A DNA stretch of 32,000 bases from Psychrobacter sp. DM4 (GTDB lineage Bacteria > Pseudomonadota > Gammaproteobacteria > Pseudomonadales > Moraxellaceae). The stretch covers positions 840,001 to 872,000 of the forward strand of contig NZ_CP195536.1 in NCBI RefSeq assembly GCF_051307035.1. The letters are read 5' to 3'. The translations under genes were made by a program, and so were the position numbers. Below the pieces are notes generated by a model that did not search any database, was not told the origin of the DNA, and worked only from the letters and a program-made list of their open reading frames with translations. Shown here piece by piece: positions 18,296 through 27,285 of the stretch (position 1 is the stretch's first letter; each line of letters opens with the position of its first letter).

Positions 18296-18727
18296 TTACT
18301 TACTTAATTTTGGCTTAGATTTCGTTTTTTTATTCTGTGAGTCTTTGAGTCCTACTAGAGGCATACCAGCACCTTGCCACCCACCAATACCACCCTCTAA
18401 ACGATAGACGTTGTCTTTGCCTATCATTTGTATCGCCGCGCCTGCTTGCACACCGATGTCACAGATAATAATCACCGGATCTTCGATAGCTTGTATCTCA
18501 TCCAAGCGATCCTTGAGCTGAGTGAATGGAATATTACGACTGCCTTGAATATAGCCTGTCGTATATTTTTTGGCAGGGCGAATATCGATGAGCTGTGCAT
18601 TTTGCGAGTTGACCATCATGCCAAGGGTGTTTGGAGATATTTTTTTGCCGCTGCGCTTACTCTCAATAGTAAAAAACAAGATAGCAAGTACGGCTAAAAT
18701 ACCGAATAAGAACGGGTGGTTACCCAT
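18296..18727 (-). CDS. Membrane-anchored rhodanese-domain protein (YibN-like)
   Basis: An N-terminal TM helix (FLFGILAVLAILFF) is followed by a rhodanese fold with candidate active-site loop ICDIGVQAG. ATG 18727 is preferred over the ORF-track TTG at 18802. Confidence 0.85.
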   Translation of the reverse strand: MGNHPFLFGILAVLAILFFTIESKRSGKKISPNTLGMMVNSQNAQLIDIRPAKKYTTGYIQGSRNIPFTQLKDRLDEIQAIEDPVIIICDIGVQAGAAIQMIGKDNVYRLEGGIGGWQGAGMPLVGLKDSQNKKTKSKPKLSK

Positions 18728-18865
18728 AAATTCAAGTGCACGATCCAAACTAGACCTCCAAAATATAAGTGTTCTATCAGCTGGCCTGATAAAAATGAAC
18801 AAGGCGCTATTATACCGACTAGGCTCTATATAGTAAACGTATGAAAAATACTCAATACGTGCGTC

Positions 18866-19969
18866 CTAATAAGGTTTGGTATCTGCCTCATCTGTGAGGG
18901 TCACAAGGTTCTCAACACGGCGCTGAAGAACCTCACCATCAGCGACCGCTTGCCATAGCGCGCAGCCTTTGGAATTGTGGGTATGACGACAGTCGCGAAA
19001 TTGACAGTAGCCTGATAGCGGTGCCAGCTCGACGAATCCTGAGATAATGTCATCAGGAGTCAGATGCCAAATACCATACTCGCGAATACCTGGCGTATCG
19101 ACGATGCCGCCTTGGGTTAGATCATCTGGATTAAAGGGTAGTAAACGGCTAGTCGTCGTCGTGTGCTGACCTAATTTTGAGTTCTCTGAGATGATATTGA
19201 CGCTTTGCGCGGACTCTGGCAGCAGTGCATTAATCAAACTGCTCTTACCAACACCAGATTGACCTGCAAATATCACTAGCTTGTTATTTATGTAACGTTT
19301 GAGCTCGCTAAGTCCTTGCTGATCACCCTTCTGTAATACGTTCTCTGGACAATCGACTGAAGTCAATACACTCTCATAACCAAGCGCTGCATACTGCATA
19401 AGAAGTTCACGAGTATCGACAGTAGACTCGCCCTGCAATAGATCTGCTTTATTTAAAACTAACAGCGGCTGCACGCCTGCATGGTGACAGACCACCAGAT
19501 AGCGATCAATTAGGGTAGGAGCGGCGGCAGGTAACGGTGCAAAGACAATCGCTAAGATATCAATATTAGCGGCGACGGGTTTGAGCTTGTGATAACGATC
19601 AGGGCGCGAGATCATCGAGGTACGTGGTTTAACGGACTCGATACGACCAAAGCCCGTATTGGAGTCCGCCGTCCAGCGCACTTGATCGCCTGCTGCGAGC
19701 ATAGGCAAATTGGTACGCACATGACAGCGCCAAACGTCACCCAGCGCTAATGCCTGCCAAAACGGCTCAGGATCGTCAGGGGCAAACTCAGGTTGTAAAG
19801 GTATGACAGTAGGTAAGCTTGTGACTTGTACCTCTAACTGCTTGCCAAAATGTGCCATAACCACGCCATCCATCAAGCTATCATTGATGCTGTCTTGACT
19901 GGCAAGTTGCTGTTTATCAATGCGACGAATTTGCTGTTTGGTGAGTTTGCGCTGCCGTATCAATGCCAT
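18866..19969 (-). CDS. rsgA: Ribosome small-subunit-dependent GTPase A
   Basis: Circularly permuted GTPase: NKADL, then GQSGVGKSSLINAL, then DTPG. C-terminal zinc knuckle CQFRDCRHTHNSKGC. The basic N-terminus MALIRQRKLTKQQIRR resembles E. coli RsgA. The upstream ATG 20038 is an alternative start. Confidence 0.92.
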   Translation of the reverse strand: MALIRQRKLTKQQIRRIDKQQLASQDSINDSLMDGVVMAHFGKQLEVQVTSLPTVIPLQPEFAPDDPEPFWQALALGDVWRCHVRTNLPMLAAGDQVRWTADSNTGFGRIESVKPRTSMISRPDRYHKLKPVAANIDILAIVFAPLPAAAPTLIDRYLVVCHHAGVQPLLVLNKADLLQGESTVDTRELLMQYAALGYESVLTSVDCPENVLQKGDQQGLSELKRYINNKLVIFAGQSGVGKSSLINALLPESAQSVNIISENSKLGQHTTTTSRLLPFNPDDLTQGGIVDTPGIREYGIWHLTPDDIISGFVELAPLSGYCQFRDCRHTHNSKGCALWQAVADGEVLQRRVENLVTLTDEADTKPY

Positions 19970-20166
19970 AAGTGCTGCCTGTGTTGTTTTAATTGCGATA
20001 AAAATATGTCTCAGTGTAGCGTGAAAATTTGCTAACATACAGCCTAATACGACTGTGCTAAGCGTTGATTTTGTAATGTTTTGAGTGTGGATGATTTGTC
20101 GATAATCCTCATACTTATTACAGAACGCTCACTTCTTTCTGGCACTATAGCGAATCCACTTTTATC

Positions 20167-20766
20167 ATGGGACATTTTATGACCACAACCGATCATCCTA
20201 ATAAGATCAAAATTAAGAACCAGGGCAAAAAAGGACTGGTCTGGATTGACCTTGAAATGACGGGGCTTGATACTTTAAATGACGAAATTATAGAAATTGC
20301 GACAGTAGTGACGGATGAAGATTTGAACGTACTGGCTGAAGGGCCTGTATTTGCTATCAAAGTCTCCGACCAAGCGCTAAACGCTATGGATGACTGGAAT
20401 ACTAAGCAACATGGTCAGTCAGGTCTGGTTGATCGCGTGCGCCGTAGCACCGTGACGCTGGCAGAAGCAGAAGCTGAGACCATTAAATTTTTGAACAAAT
20501 GGGTGGATAGTGGCAAGTCGCCGATGTGCGGTAACTCTATTTGCCAAGATCGTCGATTTATGGCGCGGCAGATGCCAGAGTTGGAACGGTTTTTTCATTA
20601 TCGCAACTTAGATGTGTCTTCAATCAAAGAGCTATGCTTTCGCTGGCGTCCCGATATTCTAAAGAACTTTGAAAAAGGCGGTAGTCATCTAGCATTAGAT
20701 GATATTCGCGACTCTATTCGTGAGCTTAAGCATTATCGTCAGCACTTTTTTAAATTGATGGATTAA
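20167..20766 (+). CDS. orn: Oligoribonuclease
   Basis: DEDDh exonuclease: [12 protein letters not shown] ... [10 protein letters not shown] ... [12 protein letters not shown]. It is divergent from rsgA, as in E. coli. The start could be ATG 20179. Confidence 0.95.
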   Translation: MGHFMTTTDHPNKIKIKNQGKKGLVWIDLEMTGLDTLNDEIIEIATVVTDEDLNVLAEGPVFAIKVSDQALNAMDDWNTKQHGQSGLVDRVRRSTVTLAEAEAETIKFLNKWVDSGKSPMCGNSICQDRRFMARQMPELERFFHYRNLDVSSIKELCFRWRPDILKNFEKGGSHLALDDIRDSIRELKHYRQHFFKLMD

Positions 20767-20805
20767 GATGAACTAAGACTATAGAGTACTAGCTAAGATG
20801 CTATT

Positions 20806-20840
20806 AAAAAGGGTTTGTTGAATAAACAGACTCTTTTTTT
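20806..20840. terminator. Bidirectional terminator between orn and lpxH
   Basis: AAAAA-GGGTTTGTT-GAATA-AACAGACTC-TTTTTTT. The 9-bp stem includes G.U pairs and is flanked by an A-run and a T-run. Confidence 0.65.
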
Positions 20841-20858
20841 GGTTCGTCAATCGCGTAC

Positions 20859-21692
20859 TTATCGCTGCAAAAACTGAAATTCAACTAATTCAAACTCAGT
20901 ATCGTTGTCCGCGTGGACTACTGCGCCAATCACCGCGCTTACCTTGGGCTTACGCGTATCTTTATCGATCAATCGCCAATCTCCTAACACGTAACGCGTC
21001 TTATTATTAGTTGTCTGATGAACATTTGGGCGATGTGTATGACCATGTAGTAGGGCGTCGTTGTTTTTGACAGCATAAGCCACGGACTGCTCATTAACAT
21101 CCATGATAAAAGCATCTTTGGTGCGATTATTAAGTTTACTCTTAGCGCGAATGTTATCAGCGATAGCTAAACGTTTCTCTAGTGATTTATTGAGCAGATA
21201 CCATTTGGTCAAACGATGACGCATGACTTTACGAAACCATTGATACTTTTTATCATCGCTACACAGCGCATCGCCATGTTCTAAACGATAGCTTTGTTTG
21301 CCAACTTGCAGTAGATAAGGCTCATCGATAAGCTCACCGCCAAATAAATTTAAAAAACCTCGATCGAGTAGAAAGTCACGATTACCATGCATAAACAAGA
21401 TCGCACAACCTTTGACTCGCAGTCGCTTCAGTTTTGCGATTAAAGGCGTTAGCCAGTGCGTTTCGCGCTCTTCAATAGGTAATGATAAATACACATCATC
21501 CCCTAACCATACCTCAAACCAATCGCCCAAAATATACAACCGCTCAATCTGAGGCAAGGCGAGACAGTCATCGAGCAGCGCTAAAAAAGCCTGCACAAGT
21601 GCAGGCTCCTCTAACGATAAATGCAAATCGCTAATCAGTACTTGCCGTATATTATGCGGGCGAGTAGTCATCAAGTGATCAAAGCTTTGCAT
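20859..21692 (-). CDS. lpxH: UDP-2,3-diacylglucosamine diphosphatase
   Basis: Calcineurin-like metallophosphatase motifs ISDLHL, GDWFEVWLGDD, GNRDF and HGHTHRP. It is adjacent to a cyclophilin gene, as in E. coli and Pseudomonas. Confidence 0.93.
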   Translation of the reverse strand: MQSFDHLMTTRPHNIRQVLISDLHLSLEEPALVQAFLALLDDCLALPQIERLYILGDWFEVWLGDDVYLSLPIEERETHWLTPLIAKLKRLRVKGCAILFMHGNRDFLLDRGFLNLFGGELIDEPYLLQVGKQSYRLEHGDALCSDDKKYQWFRKVMRHRLTKWYLLNKSLEKRLAIADNIRAKSKLNNRTKDAFIMDVNEQSVAYAVKNNDALLHGHTHRPNVHQTTNNKTRYVLGDWRLIDKDTRKPKVSAVIGAVVHADNDTEFELVEFQFLQR

Positions 21693-21755
21693 CTATCATA
21701 ACCTCTTTTATCCTATCAGCTATTTACGACTACGCCGCAAATAGCCAAGCAAAAA

Positions 21756-22406
21756 TTACTGAGAAACGACTTTGGCAGAGTTAATAGTGATCGCCTCTTT
21801 TGGCACATCAGCATGCATACCGAAACGACCTGTCGGAACACCGCGCATTTTTTCGATGACATCCATACCGCTTGTGACTTTACCGAATACCGTATAGCCC
21901 CAACCTTGCGCGTTTTTGCCGCTATGGTTCAAAAAGTCATTGTCTTTTACATTAACAAAGAATTGGCTCGTCGCTGAATGCGGGTCTTGGGTACGCGCCA
22001 TAGCGATAGTGCCAGCGTCGTTTTTTAGACCATTATCTGCTTCATTTTCAACAGGTGCATTGGTCTTTTTCTCATTCATCTGGGCATCCATACCGCCGCC
22101 TTGAATCATAAAGCCGTCGATAACGCGATGAAAGATAGTGCCTTCATAATGACCAGAATCAACATAGTTTAAGAAGTTCTCTACTGTTTTTGGGGCTTTT
22201 TCTTCATTGAGTTCAATAGTGATGTTACCCATTGACGTCTCTAATTCTACTATTGGCATGTTGCTCATGGTTATCTCCTGATTGTTTACGTTGGATAGTG
22301 GATCGGGCTGATTGTCTGTAGTGGTTGTGCTATTGCTGCTAGCGCAGCCTAGTATAAGTAAAGGGGCAAATAAGCTGGCAAAGCCAAATGTTTTGATGGC
22401 ATGCAT
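21756..22406 (-). CDS. ppiA: Cyclophilin-type peptidyl-prolyl cis-trans isomerase, predicted lipoprotein
   Basis: [14 protein letters not shown] and WGYTVFGKV cyclophilin motifs. Signal peptide with lipobox LILGC, followed by an N/T/Q-rich linker. Confidence 0.9.
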   Translation of the reverse strand: MHAIKTFGFASLFAPLLILGCASSNSTTTTDNQPDPLSNVNNQEITMSNMPIVELETSMGNITIELNEEKAPKTVENFLNYVDSGHYEGTIFHRVIDGFMIQGGGMDAQMNEKKTNAPVENEADNGLKNDAGTIAMARTQDPHSATSQFFVNVKDNDFLNHSGKNAQGWGYTVFGKVTSGMDVIEKMRGVPTGRFGMHADVPKEAITINSAKVVSQ

Positions 22407-22610
22407 AGATTTTCCTTATGGTTCTAAGAGGCAATCTTAATTCAGACGCCAGTTTAGAGGCTAGTCTAACGGCTTTTTTGTCCGATGTCATGTATCTGGC
22501 TGTTACTGGCTTTGCAAAAGCTGATAGAATAACTCAACTTTTTATTTTGTATTTAATAAAGTGCAATAATACATCGCATAGATGACTAAATTGCCTAGGA
22601 GCAATGATTG

Positions 22611-24353
22611 ATGAGTGACAACGCTAACAACAGTTCAACGAAAGCTGAACCAAAAAATGACTTTATTCGTAACATCATTCGCAGCGATGTTGAAGCGCAA
22701 AAGTACGAGCAAATCGTTACTCGCTTTCCACCTGAGCCAAATGGCTACTTGCATTTAGGTCACGTCAAATCTATCTGTCTTAACTTTGGCGTGGCAAAAG
22801 AGTTCGATGGCATCTGCCATCTGCGCTATGACGACACTAACCCGACCGCTGAGAAGCAAGATTACATCGACAATATCAAAAACGATGTGCAATGGCTCGG
22901 CTTTGAGTGGGCAGGGGAGGCGCTCCATGCATCCAGCTACTTTGATCAGCTTTACAAATGGGCGGTGCAACTAATTGAGCAAGGCGATGCTTATGTTGAT
23001 CTGCAAACGCCTGAACAAATCAAAGAGAACCGGGGCTCGTTTACTGAAGCGGGTACACCATCACCGCAACGTGATGCAAGTGTTGCTGACCATTTAGCTT
23101 TATTCGAGGACATGAAAAACGGTAAGTTTGCAGATGGTAAAGCGGTGCTACGCGCCAAGATTGACATGTCGGACGCCAATATGAATATGCGTGATCCGAT
23201 ACTTTATCGTGTCATGCATCAAGCGCATCATCAGACGGGTGATAAATGGTGTATCTATCCGATGTATGATTTTGCTCATCCGTTATCAGATGCGCTAGAG
23301 GGCATTACGCATTCGTTATGTACGCTAGAATTTGAAGATCATCGTCCGTTTTATGATTGGATTGTGGCAAAGGTTGGTTTTGAGACGCCGCCGCATCAGT
23401 ACGAGTTTAGTCGTCTAAATGTCGATCATACTTTGACCAGTAAACGTAAACTCAAGCAACTCGTCGATGAGGGTATCGTTAAGGGCTGGGATGATCCGCG
23501 TATGCCAACGGTCGCGGGCATGCGTCGCCGCGGTTATACGCCTGAAGGCTTGCGCGACTTTTGTGATCGCGTCGGCGTATCTAAAGCGGATGGCGTCACC
23601 GATATGCGCCTGCTAGAATTTAGTATTCGTCAGTCATTAGATGACACGACAGCGCGCGGTATGGCAGTACTAAAACCGCTAAAAGTGACGATTACTAACT
23701 TTAGCGCGGCGGTGAGTCAGTGGGAGGCATTAAAAGCCGATAGCGTAAATGCCCGCTGGGACGTGGACGCACAAACTTTGTGGCTGACCCAGCCTAAGCA
23801 CCCTAATGTCGAAGATATGGGCGAGCGTGATATTCCTTTTACCAAAGAGATTTATATTGATAAAGGCGATTATGAAATAGAGCCGCCAGCAGGCTACAAG
23901 CGTCTGTCACCCGAAAAGCCTGAAATCCGCTTACGTAATACCTATGTGCTCGCGGTCACTGAGCATATTACAGATGATAGCGGCACTGTCGTTGAGCTAA
24001 AAGCTACCATTGATCCGACCACTTTGGGTCAAAATCCAGAAGGGCGCAAGGTTAAAGGCGTGATTCATTGGGTCTCGGCAAGCCAAGGTATTCCTGCCAT
24101 AGTACGGCTTTATGAGCCGCTATTTAGTGTCGAAGACCCAAGTAGCGTCAGCGATGTACATCAAGTGCTGAATCCTGATTCATTGACGGTACTAAACGCG
24201 GTCGTTGAACCCTCGCTGGTTGCAGCGGATGCGGGCACGCGCTTTCAATTTGAGCGCGAAGGCTACTTTATCTCAGACAGCGAGGAGCACAGCACGGACA
24301 GACCTGTATTCAATCAAATTGTCAGCTTGCGCGATAGCTACAAACCCGCTTAA
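22611..24353 (+). CDS. glnS: Glutamine--tRNA ligase
   Basis: RFPPEPNGYLHLGH (HIGH) and LTSKRKL (KMSKS variant), with a GlnRS-type C-terminal anticodon-binding domain. AGGAG lies 9 nt before ATG 22611. The ORF track starts one codon earlier at TTG. Confidence 0.96.
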   Translation: MSDNANNSSTKAEPKNDFIRNIIRSDVEAQKYEQIVTRFPPEPNGYLHLGHVKSICLNFGVAKEFDGICHLRYDDTNPTAEKQDYIDNIKNDVQWLGFEWAGEALHASSYFDQLYKWAVQLIEQGDAYVDLQTPEQIKENRGSFTEAGTPSPQRDASVADHLALFEDMKNGKFADGKAVLRAKIDMSDANMNMRDPILYRVMHQAHHQTGDKWCIYPMYDFAHPLSDALEGITHSLCTLEFEDHRPFYDWIVAKVGFETPPHQYEFSRLNVDHTLTSKRKLKQLVDEGIVKGWDDPRMPTVAGMRRRGYTPEGLRDFCDRVGVSKADGVTDMRLLEFSIRQSLDDTTARGMAVLKPLKVTITNFSAAVSQWEALKADSVNARWDVDAQTLWLTQPKHPNVEDMGERDIPFTKEIYIDKGDYEIEPPAGYKRLSPEKPEIRLRNTYVLAVTEHITDDSGTVVELKATIDPTTLGQNPEGRKVKGVIHWVSASQGIPAIVRLYEPLFSVEDPSSVSDVHQVLNPDSLTVLNAVVEPSLVAADAGTRFQFEREGYFISDSEEHSTDRPVFNQIVSLRDSYKPA

Positions 24354-24443
24354 GCATATTATTCGTCAATCGCTGACGCTTGGAGTCTACATTACTGTCT
24401 AAACTTAGGAAACTAAACTCGACAAAAGTAGTTTGCAATCCAG

Positions 24444-24473
24444 CCCATTTCTAGTAGTCTAGGAATGGGTTTT
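24444..24473 (+). terminator. Rho-independent terminator of glnS
   Basis: CCCATTTCTAG-TAGT-CTAGGAATGGG (11-bp stem, one G.U pair) followed by TTTT. Confidence 0.8.
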
Positions 24474-24506
24474 ATGTGAAAGACAGTAAATTTTGAGGAT
24501 AGCGGT

Positions 24507-25256
24507 ATGGCGAAATTTTTAAACAGTAGTGGAACGACTTATCATTTAGAGGAGCTGATCAAAAACGCCTCAGATCGATTGATTATTATTAGTCCTTATC
24601 TAAAATTAAATGAGCGTATCAAAGAGTTACTAGAAGATCGCAATCGACTCAAAATTGATATCCGTATCGTTTATGGCAAGAACGATCTTCATCCAGAAGA
24701 GATTAATTGGCTCAAAAATCTCACCTTTATTCGTACTAGCTTCTGCAAAAATTTGCACGCTAAATGCTACCTGAACGAAAACGAATGCATTATCACAAGC
24801 TTAAATCTTTATGAGTTCAGTCAAGTCAACAATAATGAGATGGGAGTGCTAATCTACCGTAATGACGATGCCAAGCTTTACGCGGATACTTACGAGGAGG
24901 CTCAGCGTATCATCCGTATCAGTGATGAGGTGCGTATGTCGCTTGAAAAGGTAGGCGGGCAGACAGCTGAGACAGATAACGGCGCTGTTAACAATGAGGA
25001 CAAAACGGCAGAGAGTCACTCACCTACCAAACCCGTAGAAACAACGCCAAATTATTCCAAACTAACAACGGCTAAACTGGCCAAGGAGTTAAGTCTAAAA
25101 ACGCAAGAGCTTAATGATAAGTTAGTAGCCGCAGGTTATCTAGAAAACAAAGAGGATGAGCTAGTATTAACTGAAGCAGGACGCGCAGTAGGTGGTACAA
25201 GTAAACGCGGGAAATACGGCGAGTTTTGTCTATGGGACTCAGGTATGGTTATCTAA
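24507..25256 (+). CDS. Single-HKD phospholipase D-family (Nuc/BfiI-like) nuclease-domain protein with low-complexity linker and putative winged-helix C-terminal tail
   Basis: Residues 1-140 fit the PLD-like domain: RLIIISPYL ... LHAKCYLNENECIITSLNLYEFSQVNNNEMGV, i.e. HxK...(T)SxN...E. A polar linker spans ~150-183. The tail LTTAKLAKELSLKTQELNDKLVAAGYLENKEDELVLTEAG looks like helix-turn-helix plus wing. RBS GAGGA lies upstream. The gene is AT-richer than its neighbours. Confidence 0.75.
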   Translation: MAKFLNSSGTTYHLEELIKNASDRLIIISPYLKLNERIKELLEDRNRLKIDIRIVYGKNDLHPEEINWLKNLTFIRTSFCKNLHAKCYLNENECIITSLNLYEFSQVNNNEMGVLIYRNDDAKLYADTYEEAQRIIRISDEVRMSLEKVGGQTAETDNGAVNNEDKTAESHSPTKPVETTPNYSKLTTAKLAKELSLKTQELNDKLVAAGYLENKEDELVLTEAGRAVGGTSKRGKYGEFCLWDSGMVI

Positions 25257-25527
25257 GCATTTGCTAGGCAAAAATATGATGTTTAGTTAAAAGTGGAATA
25301 AGCGTCTTACAATTGCTCACAAGAGTGTTATAACTGATTTGCTAAGATAGGGTTAAGTTTTGCTGATGTGTATTGAGTTACTATATACTCTAAGAGCATA
25401 TTGACAGTAAGAGCATGTTTACATTTTACATTAAAAGACTGCTTGTATCAGTTGATGCTAATGTCAATCAGCAAAAGCGGTTTTCATTAGTTCGAATAAA
25501 ATTAAAATTTATAATAAGGAGCTTTAT

Positions 25528-26166
25528 ATGGCACATTTACGTTTAGGTGATGATGCACCAAACTTTGATGCAAATACTACTGACGGTCAGATCAATTTTT
25601 ATGATTGGGCGGGTGACAGTTGGGTAGTGCTCTTTTCGCACCCAGCCGATTTTACCCCTGTATGTACCACTGAGCTTGGTAGAGCTGCTGCCTTAAATGG
25701 CGAGTTCCAAAAGCGCGGGGTCAAGCCGATCTGTATCTCTGTCGATAGCATAGAAGATCACCATCAGTGGGCAAAAGATATTGGTGAGACGCAAGGCACA
25801 GCTTTGAATTTTCCAATCATTGCTGATCCTAGTAAAGAAGTGGCTGAGCTATATGACATGATGCATCCGAACGCAGATAGCACGCATACGGTACGTAGCG
25901 TCTTTATTATTGATCCTAAAAAGAAGATTCGCCTTACTTTGACGTATCCTGCCAGCTGTGGTCGTAACTTTGATGAGATCATCCGAGTCATTGACGCTAT
26001 TCAGTTGTCTGATGAGTATAACATCGCAACGCCAGTCGATTGGAAAGACGGCGATGATGTCATTATTCCGCCAAGCGTCAAGAACGAAGACATCGCGGCT
26101 AACTACCCCAAAGGTCATACAGAAATCAAGCCTTACTTGCGTACTACGCCTGCACCAAATAAGTAA
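25528..26166 (+). CDS. 1-Cys peroxiredoxin (Prx6 subfamily)
   Basis: LFSHPADFTPVCTTELG contains the peroxidatic Cys. There is no resolving-Cys motif. 212 aa, with RBS AAGGAG upstream. Confidence 0.93.
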   Translation: MAHLRLGDDAPNFDANTTDGQINFYDWAGDSWVVLFSHPADFTPVCTTELGRAAALNGEFQKRGVKPICISVDSIEDHHQWAKDIGETQGTALNFPIIADPSKEVAELYDMMHPNADSTHTVRSVFIIDPKKKIRLTLTYPASCGRNFDEIIRVIDAIQLSDEYNIATPVDWKDGDDVIIPPSVKNEDIAANYPKGHTEIKPYLRTTPAPNK

Positions 26167-26193
26167 GCAATCTTTTGTCCTTAATATTAAGAG

Positions 26194-26222
26194 CCTCATA
26201 ACCTAACGGTGTGGGGTTTTTT
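26194..26222 (+). terminator. Possible terminator of the peroxiredoxin gene
   Basis: CCTCATA - 9-nt loop - TGTGGGG (7 bp, including G.U pairs) followed by TTTTTT. Confidence 0.45.
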
Positions 26223-26329
26223 ATTACTTACTTTGTTGGGATTACAAACGACTTGCTGTGCTAGACTCGGTAAGTAAAATGTATTAACGCACTTTATCAA
26301 CCAGTGATTATCTACTATAAAAGGACTTT

Positions 26330-26992
26330 ATGATGAAAAAACTATATATCACCCGCACCGCACCTAATCCACGCAAAGCACTTATTTTGATGGCCTCAAA
26401 AGGCATTAATATCGATGATGTTGACGATATCGATGTGGTCGATATTGATTTTAGTACCAGTGAGCAAATGGGCGAGGTATTCACCCAGATCAACCCGATG
26501 CGAACGGTACCGGTACTCATTTTAGGTGATGGTACTTCCCTCAACGACTCACAAGCAGTATGTGAATATCTTGACCGTGTTTATGGCGAGCGTTCAGTGA
26601 TGGGCAATGATGTCGTACAACGTGCGCAAGTATGCTCGATGCGCCGTATCGCTGAGTTTGAGGTACTCTACAATTTTATGTTAGCCTTTCAGCACAGTCA
26701 TCCTTCAAAAGCTGAGCGTGTGGAGCAGGTTGCCGATTTTGTAACGCCGTCAATCAACCGCGCGTTACAAGCGCTTCCTTATTTTGAAAAGGCTCTGAAC
26801 GGTCATGACTATCTAGTTGGTGATCAATTAAGCTTTGCAGATATCGTCTTATACTTAGGTCTTGATTTTGGTAAAGCGCTAAAAGTGAATCCAACCGAAC
26901 AGGGTGATAATCTGGCGCGCTTTTATGAGCACATGCATGAACGCTTTAGTATCAAAAAAATGGCCAAAGCTAAACCTGCTGAAGATAAATAA
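26330..26992 (+). CDS. Glutathione S-transferase family protein
   Basis: N-terminal thioredoxin-like GST motif INPMRTVPVLILGDGTSLNDSQAVCEYL. C-terminal helical domain with YLVGDQLSFADIVLY. Confidence 0.88.
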   Translation: MMKKLYITRTAPNPRKALILMASKGINIDDVDDIDVVDIDFSTSEQMGEVFTQINPMRTVPVLILGDGTSLNDSQAVCEYLDRVYGERSVMGNDVVQRAQVCSMRRIAEFEVLYNFMLAFQHSHPSKAERVEQVADFVTPSINRALQALPYFEKALNGHDYLVGDQLSFADIVLYLGLDFGKALKVNPTEQGDNLARFYEHMHERFSIKKMAKAKPAEDK

Positions 26993-27016
26993 TAGTGGGA
27001 TAGTGAGTATGAAATG

Positions 27017-27090
27017 AGATGTTAGTCGTTAGGGTTTTACGAGTACTTTATGAGCTGAAAAGTTCGAGTTAGAAATCCTAACATCTTTTT
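27017..27090 (+). terminator. Long imperfect hairpin with U-tract downstream of the GST gene (terminator or REP-like element)
   Basis: AGATG...TTAGGGTTT pairs with AAATCCTAA-CATCT across a ~35-nt apical region, and is followed by TTTTT (27086-27090). Confidence 0.45.
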
Positions 27091-27148
27091 ACAGCCAGCA
27101 TCCATAGTGCAGCGTTATCATTGTCTTTATAAGATTATGCTGCATTAA

Positions 27149-27172
27149 TATGCGCTATATTATGCGCTATAT
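27149..27172. repeat. Perfect tandem duplication of TATGCGCTATAT (2 x 12 bp)
   Basis: Read directly: 27149-27160 equals 27161-27172. It lies ~115 bp upstream of the META-lipoprotein start. Confidence 0.9.
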
Positions 27173-27285
27173 TAAGAGTTACTTAGTTTAGTGGGCTCTA
27201 GCAGCAAACACGTTTTTTCGCCTGAATCGCTTACCTATGACGGTATAGGTAGAGCTTAGTATAGTATTAGTAAGGTTATATCGGT

